This document shows, piece by piece, positions 49,589-58,819 of a DNA stretch of 64,000 nt; positions within the stretch are counted from its first letter, which is position 1, and every line of letters starts with the position of its first letter. Origin of the DNA: a virus. Taxonomy: Duplodnaviria; Caudoviricetes. A model generated the notes under the pieces. It saw only the letters and a program-made list of their open reading frames with translations, was not told the DNA's origin and searched no databases. The position numbers and the translations under genes were made by a program. The DNA is taken from the IMG/VR virus record IMGVR_UViG_3300025121_000013; one strand, 5' to 3'.

Positions 49589-50786
49589 TTTAAAAATGTG
49601 GAAAACAGAACTATTATTAAATAAAGAATTAACAGAAGAACTATTTAGAATTATTGTAAATATTAAAAATAGAACTTATACAAATCAAGAAAGTCTTGAA
49701 AGAATTGTTGAGGTTTTTAAAAAAGCTTTTGATTCTTTATTTATTAATGAGCCGGTAAAACCAGAAGAAAAATGTTCTTGCTCTAAAGATGATGGATGTT
49801 CTAATTGCGGAGAAAATTCAAATCTTCAAAAAGAAAAAAATGTAATGTTAAAATCAGGAATTTTTAATGATAAAAAAATGTTTAATGGGTTAGGTTTAAC
49901 ATTAAATGAGATTTTTACTATTTATAATGAAATATTAAATTGTACTAAAAGTTCAGAAGTTCAACATGAAATTGACAAATCATGTAAATTTATTATGAAG
50001 TCAATTACTAATCAATTAAATAAAAAAGATGAAAATAAAGATGGTAACGTTGATCATTTAACAGCTTATATTCCGCCATTTGATTCTAAAATCATTGAAG
50101 AAATTAGAAAAGAAAAAACTGATAAGGAACAAATTAAAAATAGTCAGGAAAAAGAAATTAAAATCTGTCATTGTTCTGAAAATGAAAAGTGTGAAGCATG
50201 TAATAATATATTGAATGATCATGATGAAGAAAAAATTGCTTTTTATATGGCTAAGTCTTTTTTGCCCTATGACGTAGTAAAACAATGTTTAAACTTTCTT
50301 CCAGAAATTGAAGATTTCAAAGAATTTCCTCAGCCTTCCGAATCAGAAAAACACCCTTTTAATGTTTCATGTTTAGAAAGCATGAAAAATATTAACAAGG
50401 AACAAATTAAAAAATCTTCAAATGATATGAAAATTAAAAATAGTCAGGGAAAAGATATCAGTATGTATAATACTGGTCTTTCAGCTAAAAGAGAAAATTG
50501 GGCAGCTTTTGCAAAATTAATTGCAAATCAATTTGAACATGGCGGTGAAAAATATGCATTAATCAATGATATGGAACATACAGATTTTGTTTGTCTTTTA
50601 AGTCCAGGAAAAACTGGAGTCGATTGGATTATTCAAACAATTGTAAAATATTGTGGAAGATTCTTGAATCAAAAAAGAGAAAAAGATCTTTTGAAAATTG
50701 CAACGTATTGTTTTTTAGCTTGGATTAAATGTGGGTTTCATTTGAATCAGGATCATGATGAAGATGTAAAGAAGTCAAATAACTAA
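49566..50786 (+). CDS. Mosaic protein with a C-terminal DUF3310/nucleotide-hydrolase-like helical domain
   Basis: C-terminus HGGEKY...IVKYCGRF...REKDLLKIATY; two CxCx4CxxC motifs. Confidence 0.5.
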   Translation: MNLQRKASLKMWKTELLLNKELTEELFRIIVNIKNRTYTNQESLERIVEVFKKAFDSLFINEPVKPEEKCSCSKDDGCSNCGENSNLQKEKNVMLKSGIFNDKKMFNGLGLTLNEIFTIYNEILNCTKSSEVQHEIDKSCKFIMKSITNQLNKKDENKDGNVDHLTAYIPPFDSKIIEEIRKEKTDKEQIKNSQEKEIKICHCSENEKCEACNNILNDHDEEKIAFYMAKSFLPYDVVKQCLNFLPEIEDFKEFPQPSESEKHPFNVSCLESMKNINKEQIKKSSNDMKIKNSQGKDISMYNTGLSAKRENWAAFAKLIANQFEHGGEKYALINDMEHTDFVCLLSPGKTGVDWIIQTIVKYCGRFLNQKREKDLLKIATYCFLAWIKCGFHLNQDHDEDVKKSNN

Positions 50787-50809
50787 AAGAAAAGGATTTA
50801 AAAAAAGAA

Positions 50810-51157
50810 ATGAAGTTCAATGTTTTCATGACTGGTTTTTCGGCTAAGGAATCTGGAGAAATTATCCAAAAGTATGGCAAGACTCAAAACATCTCTGCGA
50901 TCAATGATATTATGGGAGATGGCGATTATCATATTGAAATGTCCAAGAATAAGATTGAGAATGCAGATTTTCTTTTGGTAGGAAGTTTGAATAAGATGAT
51001 GTCAGGAATGCAGATTTATTTCGCTCGGACTTTGAACAAGCCAGTCGTTTCGGTTGATCCCGACGATTCCGAAGTTTGTAATCTTTGGTTTTTGGATAAC
51101 GTGACAAAGACCGTTGTTTCTGTCGGGGATTTCTTCAAGTATTTGAGTGAGTTTTAA
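50810..51157 (+). CDS. Nucleoside 2-deoxyribosyltransferase-like protein
   Basis: KIENADFLLV...SGMQIYFA..LNKPVV; about 115-aa Rossmannoid fold. Confidence 0.55.
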   Translation: MKFNVFMTGFSAKESGEIIQKYGKTQNISAINDIMGDGDYHIEMSKNKIENADFLLVGSLNKMMSGMQIYFARTLNKPVVSVDPDDSEVCNLWFLDNVTKTVVSVGDFFKYLSEF

Positions 51158-51211
51158 TTTTTGGCTTGAATTCTCTGTTGGGGATTTCTTCAAGTATTTG
51201 AGCGAGTTTTA
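51125..51211 (+). repeat. 32-nt direct repeat pair (1 mismatch) separated by 23 nt
   Basis: GGGGATTTCTTCAAGTATTTGAG(T/C)GAGTTTTA at 51125-51156 and 51180-51211. Confidence 0.9.
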
Positions 51212-51214
51212 GAT

Positions 51215-51829
51215 ATGATATCCGGTGAGATTTCTAAGGAATCTTTTGATAAGAAAGTGAGTGCGAAAATGAATAAGGGAAAGCAAGTGGATTCTTTTCC
51301 GGGAACGGGAATTAAGATTGGATCGGGAATGGAAACTAATGAAGCGAAGGAAACGTCTGCGGGAATTAATATGGGCGAGATAGCAAAAGATAGAGATATG
51401 AATAAACTGAACCTTGGAGATGGAAGGTTTGGCTTGGAAGATAGAGATGTGGCAACAAAGCTTCTCGATAAAAATTTTAGTCCCATGATAATTCGAAAAT
51501 ATACACGAATTGGGTTTCCACTTTTTGTTAGCTTAATTTGTGATGAGAATTTGGATGATTTGGATAATGTAGTTCATGACTGTATAGATTTTTGCAGAGA
51601 TAATAATATCTTAAGAAACAATATTCAATCCCTCAGAAATTTTACTGGAATTTTATCTGATACAATTAATACGCATTATGATAAAAAGAAACGTGGCTGT
51701 GTTGAGTCAATATCCATAATTTTATATGCTGACAAGCTCCTGCTGAGTTCACTTCAAGGCGACGCGATGAATTTTTTAGCTTGTCGAATGGAACTTTATG
51801 AATCTTTGAATTTGATGGCTAAGATTTAA
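51215..51829 (+). CDS. Hypothetical protein
   Basis: 204-aa ORF. Confidence 0.55.
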   Translation: MISGEISKESFDKKVSAKMNKGKQVDSFPGTGIKIGSGMETNEAKETSAGINMGEIAKDRDMNKLNLGDGRFGLEDRDVATKLLDKNFSPMIIRKYTRIGFPLFVSLICDENLDDLDNVVHDCIDFCRDNNILRNNIQSLRNFTGILSDTINTHYDKKKRGCVESISIILYADKLLLSSLQGDAMNFLACRMELYESLNLMAKI

Positions 51830-51836
51830 GAATTAA

Positions 51837-51900
51837 TTTCATATCGACACCCATTATGAATAAGAACAAAATATAAATCATAATGGGTGTCGATATGAAA
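51837..51900 (+). promoter_or_regulatory. 23-bp perfect inverted repeat with the AAGAACAAA motif in its 18-nt loop
   Basis: TTTCATATCGACACCCATTATGA / TCATAATGGGTGTCGATATGAAA; abuts the AAGGAG SD of the HNH gene. Confidence 0.75.
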
Positions 51901-52875
51901 AGGAGCTTTAAAATGAGTGAAGAAAATTTTCCTTTATGTGATTGTGGGTGTGGAAAAGAAGTTACTAAAAAAACTAATAAATATTTATGGGGTCATAATA
52001 AGAATGTGGTTACTGATGAAACTCGTCAAAAATTAAGAGATGCTAATTTAGGGATTACTTTAGAAATGCGACATGGTGAAGAAAAAGCAAAAGAAATAAA
52101 GAGAAAAATTGGATTAAAGAGCAAAGAAAGAATTCCTTATCAAAAAGGAAAAACTTGGGAAGAATTATATAGTAAAGAAGGGTCAGAAAAATTAAGAGAA
52201 AGATTAAAAGAAACCCATACAAATAATCCAATATTTAAAGATCGCAAGGGGCCGAGGAATCCATATTATAAAGGAGCTAAGGATAGTCTTTATAAACATT
52301 GGAGTCCAAAAATAACAGAAGATAAAAATAGAGAAAACAAAGATAAGAAAATAGAAGTTAAATGTACATATTGTGGAAAGTGGTATGTTCCAACACAAAT
52401 TGAATTAGATAATAGAATTGGAGCAGTTAGAAAAAATAATGGAATAGGTTGTAATTTTTATTGCTCTGGTGAATGCAAAAAATTGTGTCCAGATCATTAT
52501 CAAGTGTTGTGGCCAAAAAATCACAAACCGTATAATATTAAGAAAGATGATACGCCCAATCTAACAAATGAACACGGACATAATTTCTCAGTCGAAGTCA
52601 ATCCCCTCATCCGAAAACTCGTCTTTGAAAGAGACAATTGGGAATGTCAAAGATGCAATGTCCAAGAAAGTCTTCAATGTCATCATATTGACCCAATCGC
52701 TCTTAATCCCGGCTTCGCAAACGACATAGATTCTTGTATCACACTTTGCATAGAATGTCATCAATCAGTCCATAAAACTATCGAAGGCTGTGGATACAAC
52801 GATCTCAAAAACGAAAAACAAAATCGAATTCAAGGCTGTCCTGAAAAGCAAGAGGTAACAAATGGCGAAATATAA
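51883..52875 (+). CDS. HNH homing endonuclease with NUMOD3-like DNA-binding repeats (likely start 51913)
   Basis: LCDCGCG, ETRQKLRDANLG repeats, CQRC...LQCHHIDP...CITLCIECH..VH. Confidence 0.85.
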   Translation: MGVDMKRSFKMSEENFPLCDCGCGKEVTKKTNKYLWGHNKNVVTDETRQKLRDANLGITLEMRHGEEKAKEIKRKIGLKSKERIPYQKGKTWEELYSKEGSEKLRERLKETHTNNPIFKDRKGPRNPYYKGAKDSLYKHWSPKITEDKNRENKDKKIEVKCTYCGKWYVPTQIELDNRIGAVRKNNGIGCNFYCSGECKKLCPDHYQVLWPKNHKPYNIKKDDTPNLTNEHGHNFSVEVNPLIRKLVFERDNWECQRCNVQESLQCHHIDPIALNPGFANDIDSCITLCIECHQSVHKTIEGCGYNDLKNEKQNRIQGCPEKQEVTNGEI

Positions 52876-53248
52876 AACTATAAATAACCTTCTTCAAAAT
52901 AATAATGATAAAATGAACGCAGTCATTTTTTCTGGATTTGAAAATGGGATTCCTCAAGTTGTGGTTAGACCGATTTTATTTTGGGGAATTTTCGATATTG
53001 AAGATGATGAAGATAAAAATTTTTTAGAACAAGAAATAGTGGGAATGATATATTATAGTGGGAAAATCGGACCTTGTACAGATTCAAAGATTTTTATGAC
53101 TTATGTTTCTTCTGAAGATGAATTAGAACTTTTGATCAGTTCTTTAAATGAAGAAGATTTTAATGAAATGATAAATCCTGGAGAAAAGGAAGAAGTGAAA
53201 GAGGAAGGTAAAATTATCAATATAGATTTCGGAAAGAAGAAAACATGA
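52862..53248 (+). CDS. Hypothetical acidic protein
   Basis: 128-aa ORF. Confidence 0.55.
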   Translation: MAKYKTINNLLQNNNDKMNAVIFSGFENGIPQVVVRPILFWGIFDIEDDEDKNFLEQEIVGMIYYSGKIGPCTDSKIFMTYVSSEDELELLISSLNEEDFNEMINPGEKEEVKEEGKIINIDFGKKKT

Positions 53249-53727
53249 ATGTGATTATGGCTCCACATCCAGATGATGAGATTATAGGTTGTTTTGAGAT
53301 TTTAAAAAAAGGAAATTGTGTAGTTAATTTTACAACAAAATTAAATAAAGAGAGAGCGGAAGAATGTTTGAATTTGAGAAATCATTTTGATGTTAAATTT
53401 ATATATTTTCAATATTCTGTTCCTCCAGCTTTTTTATCAATAAAAAATACTTTTTATTTTCCACATCCGATTTATGAAACTCATCCGGAACATAGATTAT
53501 TGGGACAACATGGTGAAAGGCTTTTAAGAAATGGTTACAATGTAATTTTTTATTCGACAATAATGAATGCGCCTTTTATATTTGAAACGCCTTTTTCAGA
53601 AGAAAAGAAAAAGGTTTTAAATTTATTGTATCCAAGTCAAAAATCTTTATGGGAATATGATTATAAATATTTCTTGTTTTCAGGGTATGACAAATGGCTT
53701 ATTGAATTAGGAAATGAAAATGGCTAG
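53245..53727 (+). CDS. PIG-L/LmbE family deacetylase (compact)
   Basis: APHPDDEIIGC, HPEHR. Confidence 0.8.
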   Translation: MNVIMAPHPDDEIIGCFEILKKGNCVVNFTTKLNKERAEECLNLRNHFDVKFIYFQYSVPPAFLSIKNTFYFPHPIYETHPEHRLLGQHGERLLRNGYNVIFYSTIMNAPFIFETPFSEEKKKVLNLLYPSQKSLWEYDYKYFLFSGYDKWLIELGNENG

Positions 53728-54673
53728 ATTGATTTTTGTACCACAACTTCCTATAAAGATGAGATATAGCGAATGGTGGTTTACAGAGTTTCCAAAGAAT
53801 GTTCAAGATGCTTTTAGCGAAGTCATTGTTTTAGGAAAAAATAATATTCCTCAAAATGCTGATAATTCGGGATTATTTTCTAATACAGAAATGGCTATTA
53901 AATTTGAGCTATCTCAAGTTGAAGAATATCTTGATTTAAAACTAGAAAAAAATGATGTTTTATTTCATGCTGATTTAAGTTTTCCAGGAGTTTTTCATTC
54001 AGTTTTATTTCATAAAAAACCAAAGTTAAGTTTATGCTTTTGTCATGGCTCATCATTAAATAAATATGATTATTTTCAAAAAGTAAGAAAAGAAAAATAT
54101 TTAGTTGAACAGGGCATGGCAAATAATTATGATTATATTTTAGTTGGAAGCGTTTATCATGCCCTTAAATTAAAAGGCATAAAAAATATAATGATCACAG
54201 GACTTCCACAACCATATGATATTTTTAATGATGAAATATTCAATTCAAATAAAATAATTGACATAACTTCTGTGTCTAGATCTTGTATACAAAAATCTAC
54301 AAAAAAAATAGAGAGAGAAATAGAAAAAGAATTTAACACAAAAATTATTAGAAAATCATTTGACTCATGGAAAGATTATTATCAACATTTAGCAAATTCT
54401 AAAATTCTTTTAATTTCCTCAAAAGAAGATACATTTAATTATTCAATTTTAGATGCATATTTAATGGGTTGTATCCCTTTGGCTCCAAATAGATTAGCTT
54501 TTCCCGAATTATTACCAAGAGAATATTTATATAATAATATTGAAGAATTAAAAGATAAAATTAAAAAAATTTTTAGAGGAGAATTAAAACCGTTGAAAGA
54601 ATTAAATAATCAATATAAGGTTGATCACTTTTATGAAATCTTTGAGAGCGTTATAAATGAGACTTTAAATTAA
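53714..54673 (+). CDS. GT-B glycosyltransferase
   Basis: SSKEDTFNYSILDA...GCIPLAPNRLAFPELL (GT4-like Ex7E region). Confidence 0.75.
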   Translation: MKMARLIFVPQLPIKMRYSEWWFTEFPKNVQDAFSEVIVLGKNNIPQNADNSGLFSNTEMAIKFELSQVEEYLDLKLEKNDVLFHADLSFPGVFHSVLFHKKPKLSLCFCHGSSLNKYDYFQKVRKEKYLVEQGMANNYDYILVGSVYHALKLKGIKNIMITGLPQPYDIFNDEIFNSNKIIDITSVSRSCIQKSTKKIEREIEKEFNTKIIRKSFDSWKDYYQHLANSKILLISSKEDTFNYSILDAYLMGCIPLAPNRLAFPELLPREYLYNNIEELKDKIKKIFRGELKPLKELNNQYKVDHFYEIFESVINETLN

Positions 54674-54694
54674 CAAAACTTTAAAACATAGTAT

Positions 54695-54743
54695 GACCTC
54701 AAGACAGGGATAAGGGAATTTCAAAAGTCCCTGTCTTGAGGTC
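54695..54743. terminator. 16-bp perfect hairpin between convergent units
   Basis: GACCTCAAGACAGGGA / TCCCTGTCTTGAGGTC. Confidence 0.75.
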
Positions 54744-54941
54744 TTCTGAATATCATTAATTCCAGATGAAAAGTATTCCTACTAACCAAAAAAATGGAAT
54801 GAATTCACTCGGATCTTTTTGAAACATCAAAACTGCTGCGGCACTAATTGCAATTGTCCCAACCCCTTGACAGGCTGGTTTCATGTCAAATCCTTTCTTA
54901 GAGAGAATAACCAATTCAATTCTTTATTATTTTTTGAATAA

Positions 54942-55433
54942 TTAATTTTCTAAAGTATCGATTTTAATACCAACTAAATTTAGATTTTCATTAAGGATAT
55001 GCAGGAATTTTTCCTTTCTTGCATTTCCCACGAATATTCCCATCCCCAAAGTTATCAACAATGGAGAGCCGTTTGTCAGACCAACCACTTTTTTGGAAAG
55101 TTCATCCATTGACACCTTATCAGATGCCTTTAGCCATAGAAGAGACGTCTGGATCAAAGGCAGTATGGATTCTTTTGAGCCACGATAAGAAATTATATCT
55201 TTACACCCGCAAACTCTGGTGCTCAATTTAATTTCAGTAATTTCAGAAATATTTCCCCCAAACATCAATTCCCATCTCACCAAATTTTTTATTGCATCCA
55301 GAACAAAAAATTCGGTTTTGACCGCAGGAATATTTTCCTTGTCTCTTGAGTCATTGAATATTCTGAAATTGGTTTTTGTTATTATTCCTTCCATTAGGTT
55401 TTGACCTTGTTCTGTTAGAGCCCCTCGGTCCAT
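54942..55433 (-). CDS. Hypothetical protein
   Basis: 163-aa ORF with SD. Confidence 0.55.
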   Translation of the reverse strand: MDRGALTEQGQNLMEGIITKTNFRIFNDSRDKENIPAVKTEFFVLDAIKNLVRWELMFGGNISEITEIKLSTRVCGCKDIISYRGSKESILPLIQTSLLWLKASDKVSMDELSKKVVGLTNGSPLLITLGMGIFVGNARKEKFLHILNENLNLVGIKIDTLEN

Positions 55434-55448
55434 GCTTTTATCCCCCTT

Positions 55449-55844
55449 TTAATCTGAAGTGATTCTAGTTTTCTCAAAATTTTCCATTTTCGTATCATAA
55501 AGAATTTTTATCAATGAATTAAAAATCCATATACACATTAAGAATGTATGTCCAAAAGTTCCTAAACTAATTATATAAAATATCCATAATATATTTTTAA
55601 AATAGAATATAAAATCTTTTTTAAATTCAAGCTTCTTTTTCGTATATATAAATGCTAAATCAAATAAATTTTCCTTAAAGAATAAAATAGGCATAGAAAC
55701 GATTAATGCTAAGGTAATGAGAATTGTATAGAATATGAACACATCAAAAAATATATAGTTTTTAAAATAAACACCATAAATAAATATTCCTAAAAATATC
55801 AATTGAAAAAACATTTGTGAAAAATATTTTTTTAGGTTTTCCAT
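55449..55844 (-). CDS. Multi-pass membrane protein
   Basis: Three hydrophobic segments. Confidence 0.55.
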   Translation of the reverse strand: MENLKKYFSQMFFQLIFLGIFIYGVYFKNYIFFDVFIFYTILITLALIVSMPILFFKENLFDLAFIYTKKKLEFKKDFIFYFKNILWIFYIISLGTFGHTFLMCIWIFNSLIKILYDTKMENFEKTRITSD

Positions 55845-55892
55845 TCTTAGAATAGTCCTTTCATTAAGTGGGTATAAAAATCCTTCTCGTTT

Positions 55893-55906
55893 ATTAATAT
55901 ATATAG
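55893..55906 (-). promoter_or_regulatory. ATTAATATATATAG motif, copy 3
   Basis: Exact match; heads the minus-strand cassette ending at the 54695 hairpin. Confidence 0.6.
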
Positions 55907-55974
55907 TTAGAAATTAAAAAACAAAAAGAAAAATATTTAGAATAAAAGAACAAAAATTTAAAAGGATAAAAGAT

Positions 55975-56526
55975 ATGCCATTTAAGACTTTTTTTAATTG
56001 GCTTTTTGACGATTCAATCAATTCTGAAATTCCAAAACCTAAATTAAATGAAGAAGGTAAAGTTTTAATTCCTGATATTTTGAAATACAATTCTCCAATC
56101 ACTCATACCTATGTAATTTCTTTATTTTTAAATAGTCCTGAATTAAATCATTTTTTAAATAAAAAATTTAATAATATCAATTTAAGATATTTAGAAAAAA
56201 AGGAATTATTCTTATTCATTAAAAAGTGTGTAATTGATTTTAGAATTAAAAGAAATATGATGCTTTATAAACCTTATAAAAAACAAGAAGAATTATTTAA
56301 AGGTTTAAGAAGTAAAATTCCTTTATTAAAAAATGATGATATAGAATTATTATCAGACCTTTGTTTAAAATTACCAGATGAAGAAAAAGATGAAATATAT
56401 TCTGGATTGGGCTTATTGAAGGAAAAACCAGTTAAAACAAAAATCAAAAAAGAAACTAAAAAGAAGCAAAAAAATAAGATTAGTAAAGATGACTTCTTAA
56501 AAAATATAAGTGTGATTAAGAAATAG
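55975..56526 (+). CDS. Hypothetical protein, possibly clamp loader small subunit (gp62-like)
   Basis: 183 aa with a Lys-rich tail; weak pattern resemblance; AAAGAACAAA motif at 55945. Confidence 0.35.
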   Translation: MPFKTFFNWLFDDSINSEIPKPKLNEEGKVLIPDILKYNSPITHTYVISLFLNSPELNHFLNKKFNNINLRYLEKKELFLFIKKCVIDFRIKRNMMLYKPYKKQEELFKGLRSKIPLLKNDDIELLSDLCLKLPDEEKDEIYSGLGLLKEKPVKTKIKKETKKKQKNKISKDDFLKNISVIKK

Positions 56527-56535
56527 AATTTTGGA

Positions 56536-57065
56536 TGGATGGGCCCCAAAGGCGGAATGACGGCGCCGGTTGGGGCCCATCCAGAATTACTAGGCAAAGG
56601 CCTGCGAGAGCAAAGGGGTTTCTCTCAGCTGCAGGCCTTTGCCTTTCTGCGGTGAAGCGATCTAAGTCTTCCAATCCACGAGAGCCCAGCGTCCCAGGTC
56701 TCTTGGTTTGGGATTGGATAGCCTTAGACCATCTTTCGCTTTTTCATGGCACGCCCTTTCAAAGTTGGGGTTGGTTTTCACTCCAGGTGCTCCGGACTTC
56801 TGGCGGTCAGTGAAAAGCTATCCGTGTTCTAAACAGGAAAAACCTCAACACGAGGTATTTCATCCTGTCTCCTTTCGATGATGGTTCATTCCAAGGTTTC
56901 CCAGAATTAAGTTTCCCTTGTCTAAATGAAACGTGGCTGGAGATCACAGGGCGTTGCCCAAGCGTAACGGATAAGAGGAAAGTCTAGATCTTCTTAACTA
57001 ACAGATCCGAAAATTCCTTAGTTCCGTTTCTAGTGACCCGCAGTTTTCCCTCATGCCCTTGAGGA
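56536..57065. ncRNA. Putative large structured ncRNA B downstream of rpsA
   Basis: Perfect stems 56536-49/56570-83 (14 bp) and 56592-605/56631-44 (14 bp); long irregular hairpin about 56652-56746; further stems TTTTCACT/AGTGAAAA, ACAGGA/TCCTGT, ACGGA/TCCGT. Confidence 0.65.
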
Positions 57066-57098
57066 CCACAAATTAACGATTATCAATATCCCCCATCT

Positions 57099-58754
57099 CT
57101 ACTTCGTTTCGCTTCTCTTCATGACAAAACGGGGCTTGTTGAACCCCGGCTTTCCCTTGGAAGTCGGCCCTCCTCCCTCCATCTTGTTGATGGAGAAGGC
57201 CATCTTCCGTTCCTCCTTGTTGATGGAGACCACTTTGGCCTCCACGGAAGATCCGACCGGGAACGAGCCGGCGAGGTTCTTCGTCAGGTCCTTGGGGATC
57301 TCGGAAACGTGGACCAGGCCTCGCAGTCCGCCCTCAAGGGAGAGGAACACGCCGTAGTCGGCGGTCCCGGTCACCGTGCCGCAGATCTTCGTTCCGACGG
57401 GGAACCTTTCCCCGACGGTATCCCAGGGATCGGGCTCCAGTTGCTTGACGCCCAGGGCAATCCGCCCTGAAGAGGGATCGATCCGGATGATCTTGGCCCG
57501 GATCGTTTCCCCGATGTGATAAAGCTCAGCGGGCGTCTTGATGTGCCCGGTCCAGGAGATGTCCGAGATGTGGACCATGCCGTCGATTCCCTCATCGATG
57601 CCGAGGAAGATCCCGAAGTCGGTCATGGCCTTGATCTTGGACTCGATGGTGGTGCCCACCGGGTACTTCTCGCTGACGCTCTCGATGGGGTCCTTCTTGA
57701 TGGCCTTCATGGACAGGGCCAGCTTTCTCTGGGCCGGGTCGATCTCGAGGACGATGGCCTCGATCTCCTGGCCGATCTCCACGACGCTTGCAGGGTTCTT
57801 CACCCTCTGGTGGCTGATTTCCGTGGTGTAAATCAGGCCACGGATCATGGGGGCCACCTCGACGAATATCCCGTATTCGGTCGTCGAGGTCACCAGGGCC
57901 CGGATCTTCGTGCCCTTCTTGAACTTCTCGGCGGCCTCGATCCAGGGATCCGGAAGGAGCCGCTTGATGCTCAGCTCGATCTTCTCTTCCTCGGCGTTGA
58001 CGTTGACGACCTTCACCTCGATGTTCTGGCCCACGGTGTACTCCTGGGTCAGATCCGTGATCTTTCCCCAGGAGACCTCCGAGATGTGGACGAGGCCATC
58101 TACACCTCCGAGGTCAAGGAACAGGCCGAACTTGGTGATGGCCTTGATGTCCCCCTTGACGACGGAGTCTGGAATGATCCGGGCAAAGGCTTCGGCCATG
58201 TTGGCCTCCCTCTCCTTCTCCAGGATCGCCCTCCTGGACACGATGACATTCCTCGTGTCCTCGTTGAAGGTGATGATCTTGAAGTTCATCGCCTTTCCCA
58301 GCACCTCTTCGGCCGAAACGGGGTGAAGGTCCACCTGGGAGCCGGGAAGGAAGGCGGGAACGCCGATGTCCACGGAGAAGCCGCCCTTGACCTGGTTTTT
58401 TACCAGGCCGAGGATATCGAGACCTCCCACGTAGGTTTCCTTGAGGCTTTCCCAGGTCACTCCCATGTTCTTTCCTATGGAGATCTGGACGGGCCGTCCA
58501 TCCTTCTCGAGGCCATCGAGAATGACTTCGATGAAGTCACCCTCCTTGACGGCCAGGCTTCCATCCTTGGTCGGAAGATCTCCGACCGGGATCAAGCCCA
58601 TGGTCATGCATCCCACGTCGACCATGGCGTTGATCTCGTTGATCTGGGTGATCACGCCGTCGACGACCGTGCCGATTTTGAAGATCTTCGGCTCGAAAAT
58701 CGACATGACGTTGTCTTGGGTGTATTCTGAATCTCGAACAGACGTCTTTTCCAT
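57099..58754 (-). CDS. rpsA: 30S ribosomal protein S1, six S1 domains, GC-rich
   Basis: VKGGFSVDIGVPAFLPGSQVD; FGLFLDLGGVDGLVHISEVSW; FGIF....GIDGMVHISDISW; LGVKQL..DPW; SD AAGGAG. Confidence 0.95.
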   Translation of the reverse strand: MEKTSVRDSEYTQDNVMSIFEPKIFKIGTVVDGVITQINEINAMVDVGCMTMGLIPVGDLPTKDGSLAVKEGDFIEVILDGLEKDGRPVQISIGKNMGVTWESLKETYVGGLDILGLVKNQVKGGFSVDIGVPAFLPGSQVDLHPVSAEEVLGKAMNFKIITFNEDTRNVIVSRRAILEKEREANMAEAFARIIPDSVVKGDIKAITKFGLFLDLGGVDGLVHISEVSWGKITDLTQEYTVGQNIEVKVVNVNAEEEKIELSIKRLLPDPWIEAAEKFKKGTKIRALVTSTTEYGIFVEVAPMIRGLIYTTEISHQRVKNPASVVEIGQEIEAIVLEIDPAQRKLALSMKAIKKDPIESVSEKYPVGTTIESKIKAMTDFGIFLGIDEGIDGMVHISDISWTGHIKTPAELYHIGETIRAKIIRIDPSSGRIALGVKQLEPDPWDTVGERFPVGTKICGTVTGTADYGVFLSLEGGLRGLVHVSEIPKDLTKNLAGSFPVGSSVEAKVVSINKEERKMAFSINKMEGGGPTSKGKPGFNKPRFVMKRSETK

Positions 58755-58819
58755 GTAACATTCTCCTTGTTGTGAGGTGGTATGGTTTGATTCTGAGACG
58801 ATTTTCTGGAACTTGGGGA

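Noticed and set aside
51125-51211. Mini-CRISPR interpretation of the 32-nt repeat pair
   Set aside because: Only two copies, the first is the coding end of a gene, the spacer is 23 nt, the repeat is not palindromic, and there are no cas genes other than a distant solo Cas4-like nuclease.
56975-56985. RNase P-like GAGGAAAGTCT in RNA B
   Set aside because: No complementary 3' P4 strand and too little room before rpsA.
57371-58761. Long alternative-frame and opposite-strand ORFs over rpsA (57516-58730, 57847-58326 and others)
   Set aside because: Shadow ORFs caused by G/C-ending codons in the S1 gene; no recognisable motifs.
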